Shown: piece by piece, positions 38,466 to 51,094 of the stretch | Position numbering within the stretch: the stretch's first letter is position 1 | Layout: each line of letters begins with the position of its first letter | Origin: Phoronis australis | Taxonomy: Eukaryota > Animalia > Phoronida | NCBI GenBank assembly: GCA_002633005.1 | Contig: NMRA01000338.1 | Coordinates: 342,775 to 406,774, forward strand | DNA length: 64,000 nucleotides | Reading direction: 5' to 3' | Notes under the pieces: model-generated | The model's database searches: none | The model's input: the letters and a program-made list of their open reading frames with translations, nothing else | What the model was told of the DNA's origin: nothing | Position numbers and translations under genes: made by a program

Positions 38466-39328
38466 GTATCATCACACAAAGCTTTGTGTGAGTAATATGA
38501 GAGCAGCAGAAATGAAAGGATTATTATCGTTGTGTGTACGACTAAAGGACGCACACACGTGGGCTACCTATGCTTGTTGAGAGCGAACACGACAAGTTAT
38601 CGCCGATAAAAGTGCGAGAACTCCCAACAGAAAATCACGTTGTGTACGCTGAGCTAAGCAATTCATCATGCTAAAACAACAGACGTGAAAGAGAACCTGC
38701 TTACACCTCAACAAATTATCTGTGGGGCAAAGACCACAGTTCGGATAGCTCATTTTGACCTTACAACTGGCCCTTGCTTACACCGTATCTCAAGACATAT
38801 AAGAAAACATAACTTTCAGAAAGCACATTCGATGGGGTTTCACAAAGATGAAGAAATTTAATAGAGTTTTTTTACCTTACTACGTTCACCGTAAAAATTG
38901 GAGATGCCAAAGAGTAACCAAAAATTGCGAATTTGGCCCTTTACAAATTCACGACAGTCCCTGTTCAAGCTGGAGGAAACAGGAATCCAAATGGTCGTGC
39001 ACTCTAGATTCCAGAAATTATGTTCAAACATGTCATTACAAACCTGATTTTTGACAATTTTCATTTGTCTGAAGATTACCTGGATTTGCGCAAGAAATTC
39101 AACACTGAAAAGGTTGTGCTTTGAAAATGACAGGACTTCCGTATCCGGGTTATTTGGAGCAGAGACCAAATTTCTCTATTTATTCAAAATAATTCCAAGG
39201 AACAACTGAATATCACTCCTGGCAATCACTTCCCATTTAGTCCACGAAATTGCCGTCAAACCTGACCCGCCCCAGTTTCTTCATTTCTGGGGAAACTACA
39301 ATGGCCCGAACCGTAGCCTTAGACCTAC

Positions 39329-39710
39329 GGCCCAGTCTCTTATCTTTTTACTCGAACTGGAAGTCGAAATTATGTTTGAAATTTTCTACTCTACTTTTGT
39401 TGGAACTCAAGATAAGTATTTTTTATTCTATGATCGAGTACATAATGACTAACGTAGATAATTTATTAGTCCTAGTTTGCAGTTGATAAATCCAACTTTA
39501 AGGCTAAAAAATTCGAGTTATTACTTGAGTTTGTAGCACGAATATAAGGTTCTTCAAGTGCAAACTTGGACTAGAAACTTGTAGGCATAAATTGTAATGT
39601 ATTCGAGCACAGTCTGATAACCACTTATCTTGAGTTCGTACAAAAGGAGCAGAGAAATTGTCAAAAATAATTTCGAGTTCGTTTCGAGTACACAGATTAG
39701 AGGCCGGGCC
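39329..39710. mobile_element. Foldback MITE with ~160-bp imperfect arms
   Basis: gaactcaagataagt / acttatcttgagttc and agtcctagtttgca / tgcaaacttggact; spurious ORFs 39250(+) and 39554(-) translate similarly. Confidence 0.8.
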
Positions 39711-40859
39711 CTGGTGTCACGAAAACGAAACGAGAATTTAGACAACTCCGACACGTGTTTTGACATTTATGATCTTGAATGTTCATATGTAAAGAAATTT
39801 GACCGGCTTATCGATAACATCATTTTGCTGTAAATTTAGCCTTCTCTTGTAACTTTTATTAAAATACACAGTCACGTATTATGGCAGATTGGTGGAAAGT
39901 CAGATATCAAATTCTACAGATTTGCTATTTACAGAGAATACATTTTTATTGAGATAAATTGACTAGGTTTTATATTTAGCTAAACTTGCCGTGTTACACT
40001 CACGTATGCTATTTATGAAAACAATTCAAGAGCACGTGAGTGAGAAACAACTGTTGCTAAAAAGCCCATCTCTTTTCATTGTCGTTTTTGGGAAGCCAGA
40101 TATGAGCCGCCTAATATTTGAAAAATTCGAATTTAGGCGAACCCGCGGGTTGACGTGTTTTCAGAGATTTTCGCTAACCCTGTTTCAATCATCGATACGA
40201 CTACATATTCTTGCCTACTCGAAACAGAACAAAACGTCTACCAATTTATTGCATTCTTGACAGTATTTAATGTCGTAATAATGAGTTCTGCGGGCCATAT
40301 AATGTGCAAGAACTTTCTTCTTTTTGATAAGTTTCGAGAACATTAAGAAACGTTCAAAAGGCTCACAGGGCATGTAATTTTCATGACATATCGACACATG
40401 ACTAACGAGTCCGTTGTGAAGACGACGAAGTTTATACAGTTGCCTGGACATTTCTTAAAAGGTTAACGCTACTGTGCATATTTCGTTCAGTTTTCGAAAA
40501 CGGTTCTATTGCATTTCCACCATCTTTTCTTGTGAAAGAATTGTCGCTCATCACGACATTCTGGGTAATTAAGAACAGTCGCTTGTCTATGATGATACTG
40601 CAAGTAGAACTCGTCATATACACTTACATGTTCAAGAATATACCCGGCTTCATACTGTTGAGGATAACGCTCACCAATTATTATTAAGTTCAAATCAGTA
40701 TTCCGCTGTTTTCACAGTTGCATCATATTATGCTCTGTTCTGGCATACATGCATCAGGTGCGCATTAATTTTAGACAGAAAACAAGTGTATTAGGTTAGA
40801 TTGATTTAGCTCATTTAGATGGCCATATAAATCGCAGTCGCTTGCAAAAGAATTAAGAA

Positions 40860-41062
40860 GCCAAATATTCTCTCAAGCGAATTTCGAGTACATAACATTC
40901 TTCTTTTGGTTGCATGCTGGAATAATTTGTCACTGAACATCAAAGTTACTATGGTTTCAGTTCATTGAAGCCTGTATGTATACATACATATATATACTAT
41001 AATTGTGAGCCACGAGTCTTGTTATTCTGTTGTATACGTTCTTTAATAAATGTGAATGTGAA
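40860..41062 (+). mobile_element. Possible CR1/L2 LINE 3' tail
   Basis: WNNLSLNIK (WNxLPxxI-like), then AATAAA and (tgtgaa)2. Confidence 0.4.
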
Positions 41063-42004
41063 AATCCCAGACAATGAAGCACCAATTTATTGCCAACCAT
41101 AAAATTACGTCAAGAAATGCCTAGTCGTGGCTACTGAATTCGGAAGAACCTTTCACCGGAAATGCTCAGTCCTTTTTGACTTATGCACTGGGCTCATTAA
41201 GAACTCATGTGCTCAATTGCCTGTACTTTGTTTTGACATGAAAACAGTTTACCGGGTTGATTTGGTGCAAAAATAACCTTCGCGGACTTCTCACGGTTAG
41301 ACATGGCCTACACTCTTCAAGTCTGTGCAATAATATATACAAAACTTTTCAAAAACCATGCAATTTAATTCAGTAAAAGTTAATACATGTATTTTTTTGA
41401 AAATAGAAAACCTTTTGAATTTAATTTTCGACTTTTGTACTAATCTGCCATCGATGAGTCATATGACGACATTTTAATAGAATTTAGCAAAACATAGGTA
41501 TATTCACGCATGTGATCTAACATATCAATGTTGATGTCTCGAGATGAAATAACAAAACGCTGTTGCAGTTTTCTTAATTCCGTTGTCGTTTTATGCACCT
41601 TAAGAGTTTTTCATGTCATCAGTAAAATTCCCATTTTGATAGCCCCTCTTGCTAATGGTTCTTCCAATTAACAGCCTATCGAGGGCCGCGCATAAAAGAT
41701 GGTACCTGGAGGTTTCATGGTCATATATGTCTGAGTTGTGGTATTCTGAGGTTGGTCGGTTGAATATTTGAAGGATTTTTCAATGTAGAAAAGTTTAACA
41801 ATGTCGGCATTTTAAATTTTTGTTTAGTTTCTGTAAGGCTAATAAGTAAATCACTGACATATTTTTCCAAGTACCCAGTGTTTCCCTTTACAGACAACAC
41901 GCAATCAATCGATTTTTCTTACATCAATTAGATGATGAAACTGTTGTCTTGAAATGTGTTAAGTAGAGGTAACTGGTCAAAACTAAATTTGTAAAATCAA
42001 AAAA

Positions 42005-42220
42005 CACTGACGTAGCCAGAGGTATTCAGCAGGGGGACCGAGCGCGAAATTGTTGGCGACTGATATAGAGGTGGGGCTTGAAATTATTATCAACCTGGTT
42101 GCACTTTGCACTGAACAGCGGAGACCAAACGCAGAATAGAAATGAGTTTCAACTGGGGGAATTTTTGCAAAGCACAGGGAGTCAAGGCGCTCGTTCGAAT
42201 CCCCGCGATTTACGCCAGTG
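42005..42220. mobile_element. MITE with cactg.cgta termini
   Basis: cactgacgta / tacgccagtg. Confidence 0.55.
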
Positions 42221-42326
42221 TCAACAATTGATACAATATTTTGGATAGAGGGTGAATATCACTTTTCGCGTTGATTGAGCAAAATGAAATTCAAAGAAAC
42301 TGTTTATTCTGCAATTATAAAAGTGT

Positions 42327-42466
42327 TGTGGTATAAGGTGGTCACTTACTTAGAGACGTGGTAGGTTGTTTGCAGACGTTTCGACCTGGTCCGCCAGGTC
42401 TTTGTCAATGAAGGAGGAATTTCCCGCGTTTCGCTGGTTAAGAATGTTTGAATACATGGGAGGTAG
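42327..42466 (-). mobile_element. Penelope-like 3' fragment with a variant hammerhead-like motif
   Basis: Flanked by a 12-bp direct repeat ttataaaagtgt (42315-42326, 42467-42478). Minus strand reads LPPMYSNIL, then TTGACAAA-gacctgg-cgga-ccaggtc-GAAACGTC. Confidence 0.65.
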
Positions 42467-43273
42467 TTATAAAAGTGTGTCATTGTGTGCACCTGAATCA
42501 AATACAACCGGTTTACATCATCCTCCAGATGTTAAAGGATAAAAACGTTCACCACACTCCAAAGCTGGGGACACAACCCTGAAACAAGAGGACAACGCGC
42601 CACCTTAAGTCTGGAGCTGATACCAACACATGCTTGTCAGCCACTGGACGTAGACTGGAGTTATTTTAAACAAAGTAGTGTGCGGTTTTTGATCTATAGA
42701 TTGAAATGTAGGACGTTTTCGCGGGAAAATATCTGTTATAATCCTTTAATACTTACTAGCACTAACCAATGGGCTTGTAAATAGAGATTGTGCACATCAC
42801 AGAATTCATCAAAATTTATTTGGATTTTGTTTATTACGTGCCATGTCGCCCGTTCGTATATATATATAGAATGTATGAGAATTTGTCTTCTATTTGAGAA
42901 CACCGTTTTTATTCACTGACAGATATGCGGAATAAGGAGAGACAGGTGGCCTGGGTATCCCACTACGTATACGAACAAAAACCTCAGGCATGCTCAGCTA
43001 GGAGTAATGCCAACATTTTCAAAAGTGGTTGGTACAACCTGTATCCGTTGTGCGGGAATATTGGCTCATAAATCATAACAAGGGCGTTTACCCGAGGTTC
43101 TGTACACCGAATTTAATTTCTGAACACCAGTGTCACTAAAATATAGAAAAACGCATGTTTGGATTTTTGACTCCCGAATAAAAATTTACGAAAGGACTTC
43201 ATCTCGCTTCACACTACGCGTAACACGGCAGACAATTGTGTGAAATAACAGCTAAATAGTGGCCGGGTGCATA

Positions 43274-43860
43274 CAAGTGAAAGTTGGCACATCCGTTACA
43301 AGCAACATGCATTGAAGTGAAGATTGGCCCATCCGTTACATGTGCGCACCCAGACTTCAGTATGGGGGGCTCGAATTCCTGACGTTGTGGACATCTTTGC
43401 TAACAAAAGAGTGGGCGGTCTAAACAAAAACAAAAAAAAAACGGGGCCGCCACTGTGAAGGGCACGTTTGCGCTTATTTAGTGGGCTTTTTGTCCCATTT
43501 TCACGGACTTTTTGTCTCTGAGAAGCGGACCTTTTTGCCCACTTTGCTCGCATGCGTTACAAACAGCATGTGAATGGTTGGTTCATTCATTACAAACAAT
43601 ATGCTGGTGAAGGTTGACACATCCGTTACAACCAACAAGCAAGTGAAGGTTGACACATCCGTTACAACCAACAAGCAAGTGAAGTTTGGCACATCCGTTA
43701 CCTAGCCTCATGCAAGTGAAGGTTGGCACATCCGTTATTAACAACATGCGAGTGAAGGTTTATCCGTCCCTTACAAACATCATTCGACTGAATTAAAGGT
43801 TTGCACATCCGCTACAAACAGCAAGCAAGTGAAGGTTTGGCACATTCGTTGCAAGCAGTA
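43274..43860. repeat. 36-bp minisatellite (~10 units) interrupted by a MITE
   Basis: Unit caagtgaaggttgacacatccgttacaaccaacaag. Confidence 0.9.
43339..43554. mobile_element. MITE family A copy with 5-bp TSD
   Basis: catgtgcg...cgcatg flanked by cgtta on both sides. Confidence 0.8.
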
Positions 43861-44274
43861 TGCGAAAGACTGTTTAGTTTTAACACAGCGATCTTTTTTC
43901 AAAAACACGGCAACACTAAAACTTCTTGTGTCAAATTGAAACTATTTTACAACGATAGATAGAACGATCCCAAGGGAGACCAATGTTGTTATTCATGTAA
44001 CATAAAATGTCCAAGAGATCGGTTTGCATTAGTTTGATTCTTCGATGGATTGACATGCTTTTGACATGCGCTTTTTCCTGCCATGTTCTGCCATCGTCTG
44101 CTCGCTAACATTGTTTACACGACCAGGGATTTGTGGTTCTGTCATCTGTCAGTTCACTCACGAATAGCGACATCTATCGTCCAGGCAGTTTGAAAAGTGG
44201 TATTCAATACACAAGGCGACCCGGACAACATCGCCTCAAAACAGAAGTCGTCGTATTGTGTTTTAGCTTATCAG

Positions 44275-44520
44275 CATGCACGCGCCCAGGCTAAAAATGG
44301 GGGCTCAATTTTTTTGAGAATTTGAACCTTTTACTAAGATTCCTGGGGCACGTTCAGAGCTATGAATTGTGCATGCGCCGAATTTTGATAGTTCCTATCT
44401 TTTTACTGGACTTTTGTATCGTTTTCTACTTTTTTGGAATTTTTGTTTCTCTGAGGCGGTCCTTTTTGCCCAATTTGCCAAATGGGGGAGCTCGTTCGAG
44501 CCCCTCGAGCCCCCATTGTT
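44275..44520. mobile_element. MITE family A copy (one end degraded)
   Basis: Reverse-complement match to 24337-24440. Confidence 0.7.
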
Positions 44521-45269
44521 AGCTCATTAACATTGACTTTGGTGGCTGATACGGTTAAAAGTCAGCTACTGTTACACCAACTGTGTGCTGAGAAAGTTGT
44601 TATCACATCGGCCGGTTTATCAAAATCAATAACGCACTGGGTAGGTCACGCAGTTTGCATTTGTGGACGAAACCTTACAGTCCGCTTAAAAATTATCTGT
44701 AAAACAACTTGAAGGTAAGCACTTGAGATTCCACAAACTTGAGTGAGACGGCGCGTGTTGTGTTGGTATGGTGTGTTCCAAATTGTATGTTTGAACGTGA
44801 CAAATTGTCGATAGTATTTTCAGCTTACTCAGTGGTCGTCAAACATGGGTCAGTGATCCCGTGGCCATTCACAGTGATCAATTCCACTGTTTGTGTTTGA
44901 ACTCCGCATTACTCCATAACCGACAGCATTTACTGACAAATTGTGGAATTAGTTGGCTGCAAATTTTGTAATAGTGTGTTTGATTGGTGGTGGTGAATTT
45001 GTTAGTTTTCGGCCGCTGATATTCATATATTGGCGACCTTGACCTAGGCAAAGTTTGTTGCAAAACAGTTCATTACGCTGTGCACTCATTCTTTGCTCTG
45101 GCTGCCTTTCCTCTCTTTAATAAAACAGTGTATAAAATATGGCGTAGCTTAGTAGTCTGAATTGAATACTCGTGCTTAAAGCTGTGGTATCAACTCGCTT
45201 TCCTCTAAACATTTCGAGTCATATTTTTAGTTAGCATGTAATTGGTGAGAAATGATTTCAATCATATGT

Positions 45270-45379
45270 GGGCTTGAGACCCTCGGTTGTTCAACTCACA
45301 AACTGACCAGCCGTGACTAGCTCACTCATATTGAGACTGACATCAAGCAATAACTCAAAGCTCAGTTCGTCTCAAGCCC
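45270..45379. mobile_element. Tiny MITE-like element
   Basis: Perfect 11-bp TIR gggcttgagac / gtctcaagccc. Confidence 0.5.
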
Positions 45380-45920
45380 GTAGTCTGAGTATAAGAAGCT
45401 GGACGACCGTTACCAGAAAGAATATCGAAACCATCAGCGATTCAACAAAAAACGCTCCAGTGTTGACCAACCCAAAATTGCAAATTCTAAAATGGCGTAC
45501 ATTGTATGTACGCATTGCCTGTGACTCGAGATGGTAACGGAGTGGAATCCTATCACGGTAAAGTATATTATGAGACAGGTTTTATGACAGTGACAGTCCA
45601 AATTGGTTTTCTAGTCAGCTCAACAGGGGAAATATCCCTAATTGCTGGGTGTTTGTATTTCTCTCCCAATACGTGGCGACAAGTTGAGAGAGTTATCAAC
45701 TCGTGACATGGTCTTCTGTCTGGTCTTAGAGACTGTCCAAGTCTCTTATAGTGGTCATCCCAGTCAGAATAGAGCCTTCATTGTAATCCGCACACCAGTG
45801 CCCCCTCCATCTACGTGTAAAACATCGTCAAAGTCCTTCTACAACATCATCAAATAATCAAGAAAATGTAAGCGTCGTCACCACAGACACATCAAGATCA
45901 TGGTCACCGATAACACTATT

Positions 45921-46090
45921 ATCATCATCAGTACCATCACCATCATCATCATAGTAGTTATTGTTATCATTGTTTTTATCAATTATCATCATTTTTCATA
46001 AATTATCATCATCATCGTCATCATCATCATCATCATCATTATCATCATCATCTTCGTCATAGCCAAAACTTCATCGTTCATCCTCATCGT
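45921..46090. repeat. Degenerate (CAT)n microsatellite
   Basis: Directly visible. Confidence 0.85.
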
Positions 46091-47341
46091 CGCACATGTC
46101 CTTCACTTAACAATCACAAGATACTAAGTACACGTTTGTAATCAAGAAAGCATAACTAGTTAGCTGTGACCCTTTTATCTGTTGTTTGTTTATTTAATAC
46201 AAAGTGAAATGACAGCCAAGTATGATAAACGTCTGACTATTGACGTCATAAGTCCTGTTTTTCGAGATCAATTGAGATGTCGCGATGACACCTTGCTTAC
46301 GTAGTTGCATAGGTGTTTTGAAAATATTTTTTCGACGTTGAAAACAATTCAACATTTTTAAATCTACATCGTAAAGTTATGAATTTGAGAACACCGCAGG
46401 AACTACAACCATCTAAATATGCATAAGTTGCATTATAACTATAATCGGGCACATGCTCTCTGGCAACGAATACCCACACCCACGTTCATACAGTTGATGT
46501 TGTACGTGTAGTCGTCACTAGTGTGTGAGTAATCATAATGACAGGTATAAAGAGCACGACTGGAAGACAGTAATCACAGAATATTTTTCCCTCGAATGCG
46601 TTTTGACTCACACATTTGAATATTATCTACGTCTTAACTTGTTATTTGCCCATTTTATGTTTTCATCTTTATTTTACTGTTCCCGAAACATAACTCTTTA
46701 TTTAATTATCAAAACTCCAAACCTTGCAAAGAATACAATATAAAATATCTAAAACGAAAACTGTATCGAATCCCCTTAAACACATATCGAATTTTTTGGG
46801 AGCCACGATAACAAACTATTATTCCTAAGCGCAATTTGTGGGTTTCCAAATAAGAATGTTAAAAATATTCTCTGTTCCCTTGAAAAGTTATCATTTCATG
46901 TCGCTAAGAAATGACGCAATGAGAATTTGTGAAATTACATATACTGTGACATGTGATCTGGACTATTGAACCTACGCCGTGCGCTTTTCTCAGCGTTATA
47001 CAACTACAAATCACGAAGATTGCACCATGTCAGTGCGGTAAGCCGGTCAAATTCAAATCCCAGGTCTCAAATTGTTGGGAAATCCAATTGAATGTGCCAA
47101 CTTAACAGTTGGATTTACTTGGTAAAATTTTCTTCAGAACTGGCTGTTTCATTGTTTGAAATTCAACTCCGAGGAAATTTAAAATAGGGTGTTCCAAAAC
47201 GATCACAATGTTCAGTGCATCCCATTTCAAGTAGCTCCGTAGCCAAACAGGGTACATAAGTTCGATCTGGGCAATACGCACAATATTGAGCAGTTTCTGT
47301 CATTGCGTTCTGCATTTTTACGTTGTCATTTCAGGTTGATT

Positions 47342-48049
47342 ATGGGGATCTCACGGTCATGGCCGTTTGACAATCCAAGTTTCGTCATACTATGCCTGTC
47401 AGCTTCTCGGATAAGCTTAGCCTTGCTAACATTAGGAGTTGGGGTTATTCCGCTGACTTTCAATAATGAAGTGTATATGCGTGTGTTCATGCACAGTGGC
47501 GCCGTGGATTGTTGGAGCATTCTTGTGTTTATTGTTTCGGGAATCGCTGGAATTTGTTCATGGAAATTTAAATCAAAAGAACTGGAAACTGCCTGCAGCA
47601 TTCTCACTGTAACTTCGACTGTAGCTGCTGCTGCTCTTGGCGGAGTGACGATATATTTTTCAACCATCTATCATGACGTTTTCTTAATTTTGATTGCTGT
47701 GTTGGCGAGCGTGCAGTTTTTGATATCGATATTTGCAACCATTTACTCGTGCAAGAGGACTTGTTTCATTAAACCTAAAAAGCAACATAAACGACGAAAA
47801 TCCCCTATCAGTAGCAAAAATGATGATCCTGAAGACCACGTCTTTACTATTGAAGAATCATTAGAGAAACAGTCCATCCATAAAAAAGATATTGTCATGT
47901 CAGTTGAATACATTCCTAAATCACTCATTGATTTAGTAATACTTCCTCGCACAATACCTGAAGAAGACGAGGAAGAAGATAAACATAAAGAAGACTGTAA
48001 CAATGAAGACGATCTTTTTTGCAACACCGTTGGTAACAACTCGGTGTGA
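47342..48049 (+). CDS. 235-aa four-transmembrane protein, MS4A/CD20-like superfamily
   Basis: Four hydrophobic segments; TM2 GAVDCWSILVFIVSGIAGI resembles the CD20-like GxxxWxxxxxxxSGxxGI motif; post-TM4 Cys (YSCKRTC); basic then acidic tail. Acceptor gtcatttcag ends 47334, 7 nt before the ATG. Confidence 0.75.
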   Translation: MGISRSWPFDNPSFVILCLSASRISLALLTLGVGVIPLTFNNEVYMRVFMHSGAVDCWSILVFIVSGIAGICSWKFKSKELETACSILTVTSTVAAAALGGVTIYFSTIYHDVFLILIAVLASVQFLISIFATIYSCKRTCFIKPKKQHKRRKSPISSKNDDPEDHVFTIEESLEKQSIHKKDIVMSVEYIPKSLIDLVILPRTIPEEDEEEDKHKEDCNNEDDLFCNTVGNNSV

Positions 48050-48339
48050 CTGTCGTCATGTATTCCTGGACTGCGTTCCATGAAGCTTGATTTTTGGAGT
48101 TTGGCGAAATCATTGACGTGTTAGAGACCTAAACCTGCACGTGCATTACAACGGAAAACAGAGTTTCGAAAACGCCGTAAAATCGTTAAGGAAGCTGCTC
48201 ATTATGATCACGTGCTCCGATTGTAATATAAGGGTACGTTCCAAGAAAATTGACTTAGCTGAGACAAATCTTACATTTCGGTCAAATTTAAGATAAAACT
48301 TAAATTTGTCTTAAGTTCGTTTCAATAAATAGATCGTAA

Positions 48340-49680
48340 GTATGCCATGTATCAGAAATACATTAGTAGCTTAGGTGTTCGTTTTCATTTCGCAATCGTA
48401 GATTTTGCGGAAGCGTTTGATAAAATTCCTCATATATTGTTATTTAAAAGCTTTTCAAAACTTAACATACAGGGATCATGTGTTATTAAAATCCTGCAGT
48501 CAACGTACGGCAAGTTTGCGTACTTGCATAAAAACATCACATAGTCTCACCAACTATTTCCATTGTAAAATAGAGACACGGCTGGGGTGTACGATAAGTC
48601 TTTTTTATTTTCGATGTGCTTAAATGACTTTTCGGACCGTGTCAATGTCGCTAATATACGAGGAATATCTATGACAGATGACATATGACATACTCATTGG
48701 TTAGTGTACATGTATGTAGACGACGTGGTATTATTTGCCAGTGCTGCAGTGAATTCATTGCGAAATCATGAATGATGGTTATTTGATAAGGATCAGGTGA
48801 AAGTGGTTGGCCACTACAAGTATTTGGGCCTCATGGTTACGCCCAGGCTGGCATGGACTAAAGCCACAACAAATCTTGATAGACAAGGCAGTATGTCTAT
48901 GGCAACCATCAACAGGTTTCATCGAAGATGCAGAAATTTCCTCTTGCAACTCTCTTTTGAAATATTTGCCAAACTGATATACCCGTCACTGTGTTATGGT
49001 TATGAAATCTGGGGATTTAAGGAGTACTATATCATCGTTATTTGAGTAGGAATCGCCTGATCTAGTGCTGCAGTTAGTAGTGAACATGGGAGGTTACCTC
49101 TGTGTATAAGGTATTATGTAACACTGGTTAAATTTGTTTTAAAATTCTTAAGATATCGTCTTATAGGTTAGTCGGCTTGGGACATGCTCTGTAAATTAAA
49201 TAATTGTGGCAGGTCTAGGTATAATTGGGCATTATCTGTTGAAAATGTCTTATTAAAATATGGTTCCCACGAAGGGTGTAGTAAGTCAACAGAAAAGCCT
49301 TTGATACTGTTTTCACCACTAAAAATGACGGTTTTAGAGGATTGATATTCAGATATTCAGAATAACAAAAAGTTATACTATTCTACGAAGTTAAGGTAAA
49401 ATTTTGCACACGAGTTTTATGAAAACTACATCGAAATTTCGTTGTGGAAATTACAATAGTAGTCATTTAAAAATGGACTATAATGTTATGCCTTTCGGAA
49501 CGAGAAGCTGACGAATCGCATTTTCTTAATGTTTGTGATGCATTCCATGATCTCAGGAAGATGTGCGCACCGTATGTGTTTTGGAGATTTCTACCCTTGA
49601 TTAATTTCATTCATCTGACGGTAGATTGGAAAAGTTACATTGTTAAATACATTTTTACGCTTTGAAAAGACGAGAGAGGT
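48340..49680 (+). mobile_element. Highly decayed non-LTR retrotransposon, RT to C-terminus (CR1/L2-group)
   Basis: VDFAEAFDKIPH, RLGCTIS, YVDDVVLF, YKYLGL, YGYEIWG, EHGRLPL, DESHFLNVC. Confidence 0.85.
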
Positions 49681-49740
49681 TATGCATAGAAATGTTGGAT
49701 GTTTTATGAGCTTGAACGCTATTGCACTGTGGACCTCTGT

Positions 49741-50152
49741 GGCCGGTTGCATGAAGCAGTCTCAACTAAGCTTCCTAAATCTTTTTCGTATTGGTTTCGT
49801 TTTTTAGGCACAGATGTAAGATTTTTTCTATAATTTTATGTTGATTATGAGCTCTTCTTTGACTAATGCCATTTTCTAATAATATAACTAAAAAACTGAC
49901 TGATCCCTTAATTTAATCACAGCAGTTAGGTACTTAATCCTTAATTTTGGGCGTCGCATGAAAAGATTCCTTCTTATTTCCAATAATATTGAGAATTCAA
50001 TCCAGAGTTCACTCTCGATTTGTATCAACGCCAAAAATTGGCGTAGCAACGATACTCAAACAGCATAAGATATAGGACAATCAGTGTTTTCACGCAGTGG
50101 ATTTGGGGAACTTGGTTGAGTCCCTATTTGGGACTGTTTCATGCAACCGGGC
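49741..50152. mobile_element. MITE related to 16719-17148
   Basis: ggccggttgcatgaa / tttcatgcaaccgggc. Confidence 0.8.
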
Positions 50153-50943
50153 TCTGGTCTTTTATACAACGGAAATAAACATCATTGCTTATTATCCAAG
50201 GTTGTTTTTTCGAACAAAGTCATTAGGAAAACTTAGCGATAATCACCAAATTTATTGTTAACAACGGGTTTACAAAGACAAGTATGGTGAGCCCCACCCC
50301 CCCACCCCGGTCCCCGGTCGACGGGTGTACAGTTAACCACGCCACTGGCTCTCTGAAGATGGAGAAACAACAATCTTGCACCATTGCAGCTCATATTATG
50401 TGACGTTTTGAAAAACTATACAACCAAAAAATCCCCGCGTCAATTTTCAAAAAAAACACAGACCAGAACCAGCTATACTGTATACAATTGTTGTGCTTAT
50501 CAAATCTTCGTACTTCCTTCAAGGAACAAGCTTATCAACAACATTCGTTTGTAGTTTTTCTGAATCGCGATCCTCAATTTTTATTTGATTATGTGCTATG
50601 TCGTAATTTTGAATAAATAAAAGATAATATAGGTAAGTTCTTCAGCGTTCATTTATTTTTTTCGTAAACAAGGCATTCCGTTATTATCATTAAGGTAAAT
50701 ACAAATGGTTTAAGCATCACTCGGAGCAAACTATTGCCATAAAATTGCCAAATGCAATGGACGATTAAGATTATTGACTATTCAATAAGTCGCGATCGGG
50801 GATGGAACTTTTATTAGTGAAAGCCACCGAGAAAATCCTTCATTGGAGTTCTATTCAGTCCCCCGATTCAATCCAGCTACTATCGTTTTTTTGTTCTGTG
50901 TTCCCGTGATGACGCAATATGGCACGGAATATCTATTTCACCC

Positions 50944-51094
50944 GGACCCTGTTTCATAAAGTTATACGCCGTATGGCAACAATGGCGTCACATTATCATG
51001 CGTCACGTTGTTATTGTTGAACAATGCACCTGACGTCATGCAACAATTAAACTTATCCAGCGGATAACTTTTTAAGCTTTATGCAACTCAGTCC
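50944..51094. mobile_element. Inverted copy of the 28124-28275 MITE
   Basis: High reverse-complement similarity over the whole length. Confidence 0.85.

Noticed and set aside
39250-39766. Pair of similar ORFs on opposite strands
   Set aside because: The similarity comes from the foldback MITE arms.
43274-43860. CRISPR-like array of 36-bp repeats
   Set aside because: Contiguous units with no unique spacers, no cas genes, eukaryotic context.
47303-47341. TTG-initiated N-terminal extension from the ORF track (likewise the GTG start at 33076)
   Set aside because: Alternative starts come from a bacterial-style code; 47303-47334 is a polypyrimidine acceptor region.
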